A stretch of DNA of 63,721 nucleotides, counting the filler, from Chlamydiia bacterium (lineage in GTDB: Bacteria > Chlamydiota > Chlamydiia > Chlamydiales > FEN-1388), in NCBI GenBank assembly GCA_903848235.1. It is 8 parts of 8 records of this genome, joined end to end, with 100 filler letters (N's around TTAATTAATTAA, not from the genome) between each part and the next. Parts side by side here need not be neighbours in the genome. Positions count along the whole stretch, not along the records: positions 41,909 to 55,149 come from CAINFV010000101.1; positions 55,250 to 56,770 come from CAINFV010000105.1; positions 56,871 to 59,313 come from CAINFV010000108.1; 5 more parts are not named here. One strand, 5' to 3'. The notes beneath the pieces were generated by a model. That model searched no databases. It worked only from the letters and a program-made list of their open reading frames with translations, and was not told where the DNA came from. Both the position numbers and the translations under genes were made by a program. Shown piece by piece: positions 47,776 to 57,568 of this stretch; the first letter of the stretch is position 1, and the number at the start of each line of letters is the position of its first letter.

Positions 47776-49812
47776 ATGCGTCGCTCGATTTGTTTTACAG
47801 AACCTACAGCCGCCATCGCAGGTGAACGAAAGACATGGAGGTTTATTGTCACTCCCTCTGTCAGTCTGCCGAAAGGAACACTACTCAAATTTGATATCGG
47901 CAGTAGGGGCCGCATTATCGATTGGGAAGTGCCGCAGACAGCCTCAAAAAACAATGCCAACATGATCTGGGCAGAAATAGAGGGCGGCAAAACACTTACG
48001 CCTAAAGCTGTCGAAATACCTAACAGCATTGTCCCTCACTTCGAATTCGTCCTGCCATCAGAAGTCTCCGCAGGAAGGAAAATCACGATTTTCATGGGGA
48101 CGCCTCATGTAGAAAAAGAAGCCAAGCTTGGGAATCTCACCCAGCTAACCATCCAGCGTCGACGTCCATTCTACCTGTATATTGACCCCACTGGAAAACG
48201 ACAGTATACAGATCCAGAAATCTTCTCGGTCGACATCAAGGGCAATGAACTGCATACCATCCGCATTCTAGCCCCTTCCATTGCCGTGAAAAACAAGCGG
48301 TTTGATGTCATCCTGCGCTTCGAAGATCGCTTCGGAAACTTAACGAACAACGCCCCTGAAGACACCCTCATTGAATTCACCCATGAGAATCTTCGAGACT
48401 CACTGAAGTGGAGACTCTTCCTGCCAGAGACAGGGTTTATAGCACTTCCAAACCTCTATTTCAATGAGCCAGGCGTCTACTCCATACTCCTCAAAAACTT
48501 GAAGTCAGGGCAAGAATTCCGTTCTGGCCCTATAAAATGCTTTGCCACAGAAACGAAAAACTTGTTCTGGGGGACACTCCACGGTGAATCAGAGCGCTTT
48601 GACTCCGGCGAGAATATCGAAAATTGTCTTCGCCATTTTCGCGATGAGAAATCAATGAACTTCTTCGGATGCTCTGTACCGGAGTCTGCCGAAGAAACGT
48701 CGAATGAAACATGGAAGAAGATCTGTGAACAGATCACTGAATTTGATGAAGATGATCGCTTCTGTGCACTTCTAGGACAACAGTTTTGTGGCGACCCCTC
48801 GTCAGAAGGGCTTCGTGTCATGATCTATAACAAAGATGAACGTCCTATTCTACGACGTAAAGACGCCCGCTGTTCTACGTTGAAGAAAGCCTATAAGCTC
48901 TTCTCCCCTAAAGAGCTGATCTCAATCCCCTCTTTCTCCATGTCCAACAGCCATCCCTTTGATTTCTCTGATTTCACACCAGAGCATGAGCGCGTTGCTG
49001 AGATCTATAATGCCTGGGGATGTTCCGAGAGAACTGCCAAAGAAGGCAATCTCTTCCCCATCCGCTCCCCATCAAAAAAAGGGGTTCAGGAGACTGCGGA
49101 AGGCTCTCTTCTAAAGGCTCTTATCAAAAACCGTAGGTTTGGCTTCGTCGCCGGCGGTCTCGATGATCGATCGATCTTTGGTGCGTTGTACGATACCGAG
49201 CAAAAACAGTATCCCCCAGGGCTCACTGGCGTTCTCTGCGATCGTTTGACACGACAAAATATCTTCGACGCTCTGTACAACCGGCATTGCTACGCCACGA
49301 CAGGAGAGAGAATTGTCGTTGGTCTGTTTCTTGCTGGCTCCCCTATGGGAACAGAGCTCTCGACAGGAACTAAACCAGGGTTGCATATCAACCGTCACCT
49401 TTCAGGATTTGTCGCTGGTACTGCGCCTCTGAAAAAGGTTGAACTCGTCCGAAATGGAGAAGTCATCCAGACATTTCACTCCGAAACAAACTTCCTCGAC
49501 TTTGCCTACGATGATATGATCGACCTGACGAAAGCGTCTATCAAAGCTCCAGAGACGGGAATGCTCTTTGCCTTCTACTACCTACGAGTCATCCAAGCAG
49601 ACGGTCATATGGCATGGTCATCACCAATCTGGGTTGACTGCTTGCCAAAACCGCCAAAAAAAGTAGCTGTAAAACCACCTGTAAAGACAAAAGACGTACG
49701 CGTTGTTAAAAAGGCTCTTCCTTCATTTGATGATGAGGATGATGACGAAGAAGAAAAAGATGAAGAGGAAGAAGAAGATGATGATGACGCAGACGATGAG
49801 GATGATTTTTAA
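47776..49812 (+). CDS. DUF3604-like PHP-fold protein with acidic tail
   Basis: WGTLHGES, YATTGERI and YYLRVIQADGHMAWSSPIWV. Confidence 0.8.
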   Translation: MRRSICFTEPTAAIAGERKTWRFIVTPSVSLPKGTLLKFDIGSRGRIIDWEVPQTASKNNANMIWAEIEGGKTLTPKAVEIPNSIVPHFEFVLPSEVSAGRKITIFMGTPHVEKEAKLGNLTQLTIQRRRPFYLYIDPTGKRQYTDPEIFSVDIKGNELHTIRILAPSIAVKNKRFDVILRFEDRFGNLTNNAPEDTLIEFTHENLRDSLKWRLFLPETGFIALPNLYFNEPGVYSILLKNLKSGQEFRSGPIKCFATETKNLFWGTLHGESERFDSGENIENCLRHFRDEKSMNFFGCSVPESAEETSNETWKKICEQITEFDEDDRFCALLGQQFCGDPSSEGLRVMIYNKDERPILRRKDARCSTLKKAYKLFSPKELISIPSFSMSNSHPFDFSDFTPEHERVAEIYNAWGCSERTAKEGNLFPIRSPSKKGVQETAEGSLLKALIKNRRFGFVAGGLDDRSIFGALYDTEQKQYPPGLTGVLCDRLTRQNIFDALYNRHCYATTGERIVVGLFLAGSPMGTELSTGTKPGLHINRHLSGFVAGTAPLKKVELVRNGEVIQTFHSETNFLDFAYDDMIDLTKASIKAPETGMLFAFYYLRVIQADGHMAWSSPIWVDCLPKPPKKVAVKPPVKTKDVRVVKKALPSFDDEDDDEEEKDEEEEEDDDDADDEDDF

Positions 49813-49827
49813 AAGAGGAAGCACACC

Positions 49828-50094
49828 ATGGCCGAACTATATTTTCATAACGGTGAACGCTACGAACTTGAAGATGGCTCACCAATAGAAGAAGCGTGCG
49901 AAGAAGCAGGCGTTCCTTTCGCTTGCTCTGGTGGGATCTGCGGCACCTGCATCATCGAGGTGCTTGAGGGAATGGAAAATCTCTCAGACCCAACACAAGC
50001 AGAGCTCGATTTCATTGGAGAAAAGGGCGTCTTGAAAGAACGTATGGCATGTCAATGCCGCATTAAATCTGGCGCAGTGAAGATCAAGTTCTAG
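49828..50094 (+). CDS. 2Fe-2S ferredoxin
   Basis: FACSGGICGTC...RMACQ. Confidence 0.93.
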   Translation: MAELYFHNGERYELEDGSPIEEACEEAGVPFACSGGICGTCIIEVLEGMENLSDPTQAELDFIGEKGVLKERMACQCRIKSGAVKIKF

Positions 50095-50105
50095 TATTCA
50101 CCTGA

Positions 50106-50129
50106 CAGGGGGCTCCTGCTAGCCCCCTG
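50106..50129. terminator. Hairpin between convergent genes
   Basis: CAGGGGGCT-N6-AGCCCCCTG. Confidence 0.6.
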
Positions 50130-50153
50130 GTGATAATCCTGTTTTCTCTTTCT

Positions 50154-50753
50154 CTACTGCAACGAAGGTGCTGAAGGCAGCTCTAAGTGTTGCTCTTTCC
50201 TATGTTGATAGAGCATGTATTGAAGGGATACCCAAAGCCCAGGAAGAGCAATCGCTGTTCCATGCAAGAACCTCCCCCAATCGTGAGCCAGCCACCCCAC
50301 TGCAACTGAGAATACTGTATCTACGAGGCAGGCGACGAATATCGCAGGAACACCAACTTTTTCAAAGATGCGTTCAAAGTTGTCCAAGGTGTTGCGAAGG
50401 CTGTCTCCCAGTCCTTTCGCACTCATATCACCTCTGAGAACAGTTTGTATGACGGGAAGCAGTGGCTCTATCATACGTCCATACGAAAGAAGCATAGCGG
50501 GAAGAGTCAAAAATCTACCCCATAATGCCGCAAGCGCTACAAACACTTCAGGAACTGCTAAGGATATTCTTTCGACGATATACGCTATCTGAGGAGAAAG
50601 TTTTTCCTGGGCTATGTGAACAACCCTCTGTCTTCCTGTCTCATACGCGTCGCCTATATTTCTGCATGATTCTGTTACTGCCGCAGTGCATGACTCCCAT
50701 GCATGTGACATAGTATGACCAAAATTTTCAACGGATGTGGTAATGATATTCAT
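50154..50753 (-). CDS. Membrane hypothetical protein
   Basis: Several hydrophobic segments. Confidence 0.65.
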   Translation of the reverse strand: MNIITTSVENFGHTMSHAWESCTAAVTESCRNIGDAYETGRQRVVHIAQEKLSPQIAYIVERISLAVPEVFVALAALWGRFLTLPAMLLSYGRMIEPLLPVIQTVLRGDMSAKGLGDSLRNTLDNFERIFEKVGVPAIFVACLVDTVFSVAVGWLAHDWGRFLHGTAIALPGLWVSLQYMLYQHRKEQHLELPSAPSLQ

Positions 50754-50819
50754 TGTCTGCCTCGGATAAAGTTTCAGTACCTCGTACTGAGGTGAGTTTT
50801 TTTGATCGCTTACGTCTGC

Positions 50820-50876
50820 GGCCTTTGCAAAACTAGCAGGTGCGCTCTGCTCGCGGCCGCTCGTTTTGCAAAAGCC
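50820..50876. repeat. 57-bp mini inverted-repeat element
   Basis: GGCCTTTGCAAAAC...GTTTTGCAAAAGCC (13/14 match). Confidence 0.55.
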
Positions 50877-51031
50877 CTATCTATTTGGTCTTAAAAAAAT
50901 TCTTCCAATCCAGTATTACACTGGACATAGGGACTGTCATCAAGACTCAAAAATAAAAAAATTCTCAACTGAGAATGCGGGGAATAAGACACAATCGACG
51001 TAAATATTCGATAAAGACAGGAGTCAAAAAT

Positions 51032-53077
51032 ATGAATAGTCGAAATATAGGCTCTCCTTCGCCTCTGGGAGCAACTCATGTCTTACCAGGCTGCTGGAAC
51101 TTCGCCGTCTATTCACCCAATATCATCACAGAATTAGTGATCGGAGACTATGCTAGTGGAAAGATCATAGAGTCTTTTTCTCTCGATCCAATTGTCAATC
51201 GTACTGGTGATATCTGGCATATCGCCATACAGACAGACGAAGAGACGCTTCTGTGGGGATGGAGGATCGATAGTCGCTTTGCATCACTGGCGACGCGAAG
51301 AGCGCCTATCGTTGTAGACCCTTTTGCTAAGCTTCTCAAAACAGAGCATCTCTGGGGAAAAAACGCCTGGGAAGCTTTGACCGAAGGAGAGGGGCGTCTG
51401 ATTGGAGTAGCGACGTCGCCTGATATTTTTCAATGGGGCACAGAGCGTCACACGCCGTTGCGTCCAGAGCAATTGATTATCTACGAGACCCATGTGCGAG
51501 GGTTTACAGAAGATGCTTCCAGCAACAGTTCTTTTCCCGGAACATACCTTGGAATGATAGACCGCCTTCCCCATCTTCAGTCACTTGGCATGACAGCCGT
51601 AGAACTATTGCCAATCTTTGAGTTTGATGAAAGTGAATGGAAACTTCATAACCCTATCACCGGACAACGGCTCTATAACTACTGGGGCTATTCGCCGCTG
51701 AATTTCTTCTCTCCTATGCAGAGATATGGCACAACAGCAGACCCAAAACGAACAGTACAAGAGCTCAAATCCCTCGTCCGCGCCTGTCATGAAAAAAACC
51801 TCGCCGTGATTCTCGACGTGGTCTACAACCACACAGGGGAGGGAAATGGGCATGGCCCCTCTTATTGCTTCAAAGAACTTGGCAACTCAACGTATTACAT
51901 CATGAACGACGACGATACCTTTGCCAACTATTCAGGATGCGGGAATACCCTCAATGCCAACCATCCCGTTGTCATAGACCTCTGCATACAAAGTCTTCGG
52001 CATTGGGTCCAAGAGTATCGCATAGACGGCTTTCGTTTTGATCTTGCCTCTGCTATGACACGCAATCAACGCGGCACGCCGATGAAAGAGCCTTCCCTCA
52101 TGGAATCCATCCTCAAGGATCCACTGATTAGCAAATGCATTCTTATCACAGAGCCATGGGATGCTGCTGGCTTATACCAAACAGGAGGCCTCTTTCTCAT
52201 GAATCAATGTCATCAACCTACCTTCATGGAATGGAATGACAAGTTTCGAGATGAATCCCGACGTTTTATCAGGGGCACAAAAGGGTCTTCAGGCCCCTTC
52301 GCCAGTCGTTTGTGTGGCTCGGAAGATATCTATGGACCATATGGAACGCCTGCAAATTCCATCAACTACATCGCTGCCCATGATGGGTTTTCCCTCTTTG
52401 ACCTCGTCTGCTACAACACAAAACATAATATTGAAAATGGGGAACATAACCGAGATGGGATGAACGAGAATTTCTCGTGGAACTGCGGCATTGAAGGCTT
52501 AACAGAAAAGCATAATATCCAACATGTGCGAGACCGCCAGGTAAAAAACTTTCTTGTAGCGCTTTTTATGTCTCAGGGAAATCCAATGATGCTCATGGGC
52601 GATGAGTGTAAACGATCAAAACGAGGGAATAACAATACCTGGTGCCAAGACTCCCCCCGCAGTTGGATGAACTGGAATGACGTGGAAGAGCACAAAGAGC
52701 TTTCTACACTGATTGCGACTCTCACCGCTCTTCGGCATGAATCGGATTGCTTTCACACAGATCGGTTTCTGACCCAGGATGACGTGGAATGGCATGGAAA
52801 AACCTTAGAGGCTCCAAGCTGGAGCGCTGAGAATCAACTTGTGATATGCTCACTTAAAGACAGCGAACATGCCATGCGGCTGTTCATCGCCTTTAATGCC
52901 TCCTCTGTCGAACAACAGATAGAAATTCCTCACTGCAAAGAGAACGCATGGCATTCTGTTGTCAACACTTCAAAATCTGCTCCACACGACATTTTTCCTC
53001 TTTACACAGGCCCCCGCGTACTTGCTCATACCATGAAGATGCTCCCCCAGTCCTCACTCGTTCTCTATAAGAGATGA
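51032..53077 (+). CDS. glgX: Glycogen debranching enzyme (GH13 isoamylase)
   Basis: IYETHVRGFT, NYWGY, LDVVYNHT, DGFRFDLAS, EPWD and AHDGF. Confidence 0.95.
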   Translation: MNSRNIGSPSPLGATHVLPGCWNFAVYSPNIITELVIGDYASGKIIESFSLDPIVNRTGDIWHIAIQTDEETLLWGWRIDSRFASLATRRAPIVVDPFAKLLKTEHLWGKNAWEALTEGEGRLIGVATSPDIFQWGTERHTPLRPEQLIIYETHVRGFTEDASSNSSFPGTYLGMIDRLPHLQSLGMTAVELLPIFEFDESEWKLHNPITGQRLYNYWGYSPLNFFSPMQRYGTTADPKRTVQELKSLVRACHEKNLAVILDVVYNHTGEGNGHGPSYCFKELGNSTYYIMNDDDTFANYSGCGNTLNANHPVVIDLCIQSLRHWVQEYRIDGFRFDLASAMTRNQRGTPMKEPSLMESILKDPLISKCILITEPWDAAGLYQTGGLFLMNQCHQPTFMEWNDKFRDESRRFIRGTKGSSGPFASRLCGSEDIYGPYGTPANSINYIAAHDGFSLFDLVCYNTKHNIENGEHNRDGMNENFSWNCGIEGLTEKHNIQHVRDRQVKNFLVALFMSQGNPMMLMGDECKRSKRGNNNTWCQDSPRSWMNWNDVEEHKELSTLIATLTALRHESDCFHTDRFLTQDDVEWHGKTLEAPSWSAENQLVICSLKDSEHAMRLFIAFNASSVEQQIEIPHCKENAWHSVVNTSKSAPHDIFPLYTGPRVLAHTMKMLPQSSLVLYKR

Positions 53078-53078
53078 T

Positions 53079-53237
53079 CTCGGCTTTGCACAATTTTTGG
53101 GCCCATCTTCGGTGAGAAGCTTTCCACAGCTCAATGAATTTCTCGGGAAGAGTAAAACTACCCATCCCTTCGAAATTCATTACGCTGTGGTTTTCTTCTC
53201 ACTCGAAGAGAGGGTCCAAAAATTGTGCAAAGTCGAG
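53079..53237. mobile_element. MITE family B, complete 159 bp, TSD ATGAT
   Basis: TIR CTCG(G/A)CTTTGCACAATTTTTGG. ATGAT at 53074-53078 and 53238-53242. Nested internal stems. Confidence 0.92.
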
Positions 53238-53331
53238 ATGATAGTGCTCATTGAAATTCATCCTTAAAAAGAAATATTTTTCTCTATAGTGTAGCTTTTT
53301 ATGGCTTGCATTCGATGGAGGACATTGTGTC

Positions 53332-54960
53332 ATGAGTACTTCAGAGATATCTCCGGCATCAGCTCCTGGATTTGCGGACACTCGAGTAACGACTCAGAGA
53401 GGGCCAACAGCCTCGAAAGTACATGAGTTTGTGAGAAGGCTTTTACATTCTATCCGTACTTGTCTTCAGGTCAATCAGACCGGAGGGCGGGTCATCCATC
53501 CTCCCCTTCCTCTTCGAAAACTGGTTCCGATTTGTCTGGATCTTGCCTCGACGGCGTTAGTTCCGATCAGTGAACCTATCGCGCAAATTCCAAGCATAAA
53601 TCTTGGATTAGCAGCTATACAGGGGATTGTCAGCCTCCACGCTATCGGAAGAAAGACAGCTAAATCAGCAAAAGCGATCAAAGACCAACGCAAGTACCAA
53701 GCAGAGCTCAAAGATGCCGAAGTACAACTTCGACAGTCTCGAACCCCTAGCAATCGCGCACATATTGAAGTTCACATTCAAGAACTACAAAAACATGTTC
53801 GCAGGTGTAGAAAGCAAGTTTTCTCTCTCAGAAATCTTCCGTTATACCTCTCCTCCATAGCATCGGGCAGTTTATCCAGTATTGTATTCATCGCTCAAAA
53901 AATTAGAGCAATAAGCGATGCTGTCCTCACAGGACTAAAACTCGCTGGATCGATTGCTGGTGCCGCTGTTGGAGGCATCGGCGTCATCCTTGGCGGTATC
54001 GAAAGCGTGATCGGCATCCGTGCTGTTCGGTTGGCGTATAAAGAGAAAAAGGCTGCGGAAGCGCGGCTTGCTACTGTTGAAGCACAGACACAATCAGAGA
54101 CAGGTATCCCAGAGAATATCTGGGGAATGTTGCGAACTACTGGAACTCTTCATCTCAGCAGAGAGTCTCTGAGAGCAAATAAAAATTTTCAGCGAGGCGT
54201 ATTCCGTGCATGTGGAGGATCACTAGCGACAGTAGCGGGCGCCCTAGGAATCGGTGCCGCATTCACAGCTGGCACGGCGGCGACAGGAATTGCCGTAGCT
54301 GCCCTCGTAGTTGGTATGATAGGGTTAGGAGTTTCTATAGCCTCGTATCTTCAACGCAAGCACCTCAAGAGCCAGATAGCGACATATAAAATCACCAATG
54401 AACAATTTGAAGCGCTTATCGGTTATATTAAGAGCCCAGCGTGCACTGAAGCACAGAAAGGCGAGATAGCACTCTTTCTAGGAATCGATGTTCACAAGCT
54501 CTCTGCTCCTGGCGTCCATCTAACGCATGAATTTAGGAAACTGCTCTGTACAGAAGACGATACAAAAGAGCTTGCAGCATATCTGTGTACTGGCAAAAGC
54601 TCGCTTGATCAAAAAATCAAGTTCGCTCAAATTGTTGATAAACCGATCTCTGTTATCCACGATCGGTATACATTTTTAGAAAAAATGGTGACGGACTGCT
54701 TAAAGCATCAGCAGAGAGCTGTTCAAAAAGACGAGATCCATGAACTGGCGCAATATTTTCGAGCAGATAAACCAACAGCGGCCCTCAAAGAAAAAGTTTC
54801 GAAGATTCTCAAGATGCCGTTGCACAGCCTTACAAACCCTCAGATGGTGCTTGAAAACCTTTTGATAGCAACGCTTATCAATATTCAAGAGGAAGCCGAT
54901 GAAATGCCTCCCACTGGCATTCCACAACACCTCGAAGACCCTCAACTACTCACCTCATAA
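53332..54960 (+). CDS. Putative type III-secreted membrane protein (translocator/Inc-like)
   Basis: S/P/T-rich N-terminus; two long Gly/Ala hydrophobic blocks alternating with coiled coils. Confidence 0.7.
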   Translation: MSTSEISPASAPGFADTRVTTQRGPTASKVHEFVRRLLHSIRTCLQVNQTGGRVIHPPLPLRKLVPICLDLASTALVPISEPIAQIPSINLGLAAIQGIVSLHAIGRKTAKSAKAIKDQRKYQAELKDAEVQLRQSRTPSNRAHIEVHIQELQKHVRRCRKQVFSLRNLPLYLSSIASGSLSSIVFIAQKIRAISDAVLTGLKLAGSIAGAAVGGIGVILGGIESVIGIRAVRLAYKEKKAAEARLATVEAQTQSETGIPENIWGMLRTTGTLHLSRESLRANKNFQRGVFRACGGSLATVAGALGIGAAFTAGTAATGIAVAALVVGMIGLGVSIASYLQRKHLKSQIATYKITNEQFEALIGYIKSPACTEAQKGEIALFLGIDVHKLSAPGVHLTHEFRKLLCTEDDTKELAAYLCTGKSSLDQKIKFAQIVDKPISVIHDRYTFLEKMVTDCLKHQQRAVQKDEIHELAQYFRADKPTAALKEKVSKILKMPLHSLTNPQMVLENLLIATLINIQEEADEMPPTGIPQHLEDPQLLTS

Positions 54961-54971
54961 ATGGAGGCGCT

Positions 54972-55149
54972 ATGCCCGAAAAATTAATCATGAAGAGGCT
55001 TGTGAAAACTCTTTCAGAATTTGGGCTTCAGATAACGACGAGCAACGATGAAGAAAAGCTTCCCTACGAAGCATGTATCGTTGACTTTGGCATGGATGAA
55101 AAGGAGCGGCCTGTCGCTCTCCAAATTTTGCACTACTCTCAGGATATTA
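54972..55149 (+). CDS. Small acidic protein, possible T3SS chaperone, partial
   Basis: GGAGG RBS shortly after the previous stop; cut by the gap. Confidence 0.45.
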
Positions 55150-55249
55150 NNNNNNNNNNNNNNNNNNNNNNNNNNNNNNNNNNNNNNNNNNNNTTAATTA
55201 ATTAANNNNNNNNNNNNNNNNNNNNNNNNNNNNNNNNNNNNNNNNNNNN

Positions 55250-55921
55250 GGTAAGCAAGTTGATTTTTAGCTTCCGACAGGCACGAAAGAGACCTGTCGT
55301 CGCATAACCAGCATCGGCTACGAATACAATGGTGTGTTTCGGGAACCAACGACGTAGCAGATGGCATACTTGCTCTGCGAGACGTTGGGGGCTTTTATGA
55401 CGACGGCCAATCTTTACTGAAGTACGCTCCGAAGGACTCAGAATCGTTAAAAATGGCAATGCTACAGTTCTTTTCATGAATGGCACTCGTACTAGCATCA
55501 TGATAGGAGTCCAGCGCAGTCCGCTACATGTCACAGCTTTGTTAGATCCTGTGCCAATCGGGTCTTTGAATATTCCCTTGGCCCTGATTTTTTTTCCCCT
55601 GCGGCGTTCGATAGTATCATCCACGGAGAAAGTCAAGATTGTTGACGGAAATGCCTTTACAATCATCTGAAGAAGCGTTTTTGAGGCTAGGAGCATGTTC
55701 CAGCGATCACGATTGAGCAAACGATGAAAACGGCCATAGGCACCATCAGTAATCAGGCCCAAGGCGCGAAGTGCAGCACAAATCGTCACTCCACCGGTGC
55801 AAAGGACGCATCCGATAAACAGGGTGAGAGCTTTTCGAAAAACTCTTTTTTGAAGAAATACAGTTGCAAACGGTTGCAGAACTGCTAAAATTGCTGATGG
55901 CGGTGTTGGCATTGTAGGCAT
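55250..55921 (-). CDS. IS701-like DDE transposase, partial
   Basis: FHRLLNRDRW, SVDDTIERRRGKKI.AKG, SGLRW, ALPFL and VADAGYA. Confidence 0.88.
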
Positions 55922-56035
55922 TGTTTTTCCCTGAAGAAGAAAAAAAAGAATACAATGCCACCCGCCTTTTTTTATTTCACCTCAAACGTCGTCTTAGCAG
56001 CCATTGTGAGCGATTGCCAAATGGCTAAAGTCCAG
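55250..56035 (-). mobile_element. IS701-like element, left part; terminus matches MITE family A
   Basis: 56024-56035 reads CTGGACTTTAGC on the minus strand, 114 bp upstream of the transposase ATG. Confidence 0.8.
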
Positions 56036-56113
56036 AAGGAACTGAAAATGACTATTACAAGGAAATAGGCAACTTGCTAGGATGCAGAATCATAGAGATT
56101 TTTTGAGGGGCGT

Positions 56114-56770
56114 ATGCGTTTTTTCCTCTCTTTGTGTACCGGCGCACTCTGCATTCTTTCTGCTGTCGCATGTGAGGGCGAAGAGTGTGGCGGATCGCTG
56201 CCATTCATCATAATACTCTATGGCCCTCAGGGCTCCGCGAAGGCTGCTGTTTCCGCTCGCCTCCACGTCGACTATAACCTTCCTGCAATCTCACCTGCCA
56301 CCTACCTTACTGCAAATGTACTCGATGAAACTCCTCTTGGCAATATAGCCCGTGACTATGTCATCAACGGTGGCCCTATGCCGCCTGACCTTGTCCCTTC
56401 TCTTCTCTGCGACCGCCTTCTTCAGTCTGACTGCTGCCAAGGAGCTCTCTTAGAAGATTCCCCTCTGCGCCTCGAACAGGTACAAGCGATTCAAGAATGC
56501 CTCTCGCCACGATTCCAGGTCCTCGCTATCAACATCGAAACGAGCGAGGAGTGGATTATAAAAAAGGCAGAAAATCGTCTTTTCTGCACTACATGCGGAA
56601 AAGTCTTTGACCTTACACAATCCAGTTGCCAATTCAACTGCGACGTCTGCGGTACCCTTCTGGAGAAACGAGCGGCAGATTCCATAGAGAAGCTGCAAGC
56701 AAAAGTTCGGAGGTACAAGGAAACTCTGGCACCGCTTCTTGTGTGGTACAAAGAAGAACATTCATTCGTA
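56114..56770 (+). CDS. Adenylate-kinase-like protein with signal/lipoprotein peptide, partial
   Basis: IIILYGPQGSAK; LID CxxC...CxxC; N-terminus ...LSAVAC. Confidence 0.75.
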
Positions 56771-56870
56771 NNNNNNNNNNNNNNNNNNNNNNNNNNNNNN
56801 NNNNNNNNNNNNNNTTAATTAATTAANNNNNNNNNNNNNNNNNNNNNNNNNNNNNNNNNNNNNNNNNNNN

Positions 56871-57009
56871 GAGACCGATTTCGCATTCGTTGTCTCTCAT
56901 ACTTCTTGCATTTATCATAGATGGCCTGCCTAGGCCGATCTATGATAAATGCAATTGTCTGAAAGACAACGCTCTGCGAACTCGGTGCCCAAAAAATGCT
57001 AAAGTCCAG
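56871..57009. mobile_element. MITE family A, left end lost in gap
   Basis: Aligns to 6546-6683. Confidence 0.9.
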
Positions 57010-57204
57010 TTGAAGGGCGATAGAACAATCAATGAGATCGCAAAAGAATATGGGGTCCACTTTACCGAAAGCTTACGAAAAGGACTTATGAAAAAAAACA
57101 AGGAATTACTCAAAGAATATGCCTTGGCAAACGAAGATGAAGGTCAAAAAGAAGTAAGCAAGGACTGGGAAACAACCATATCCGATGGGTTGGGAGTTGA
57201 TTGA
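57010..57204 (+). pseudogene. IS3-OrfA-like fragment fused to the C-terminal part of a MazE-type antitoxin
   Basis: KGDRTINEIAKEYGVH, then ...EYALANEDEGQKEVSKDWETTISDGL. Confidence 0.55.
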
Positions 57205-57542
57205 TGACTGGTAATTTTCCCAAAAGAGGCAGCGTGTATTGGGTCTGCCTTGATCTCACAATAGGATCTGAACCCAAGAAAACGCGACCGTGTTTGGTCG
57301 TCTCCAATGACAGCGCCAATGAAGCTTCTGGTATTGTTATCGTCGCTCCGATCACTAGCAAGGCCAAGAAGATCTATTCTTTTGAAGTAGCGGTCGTGAT
57401 TGTAGGGAAGAGCGGGAAGGTTATGCTCAATCAATGCCGCGCAATAGACAAGGCAAGGCTTGGGAAGAAGGAATGTCCCCTAGATTTCGAAGCGATGGAA
57501 CAGGTCGATGAGGCTGTCAGAGTAGCATTTGGGATCGGATAA
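57201..57542 (+). CDS. MazF/PemK-family endoribonuclease toxin
   Basis: PKRGSVYWV.L..TIGSE.KKTRPCLVVSND and QCRAIDK.RL. Confidence 0.92.
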   Translation: MMTGNFPKRGSVYWVCLDLTIGSEPKKTRPCLVVSNDSANEASGIVIVAPITSKAKKIYSFEVAVVIVGKSGKVMLNQCRAIDKARLGKKECPLDFEAMEQVDEAVRVAFGIG

Positions 57543-57568
57543 CTACATTTTCAAACTCTAGTAGTGAA

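Noticed and set aside
49730..49810. GAT/GAA-rich repeat
   Set aside because: Simply encodes the acidic Asp/Glu tail of the DUF3604-like protein.
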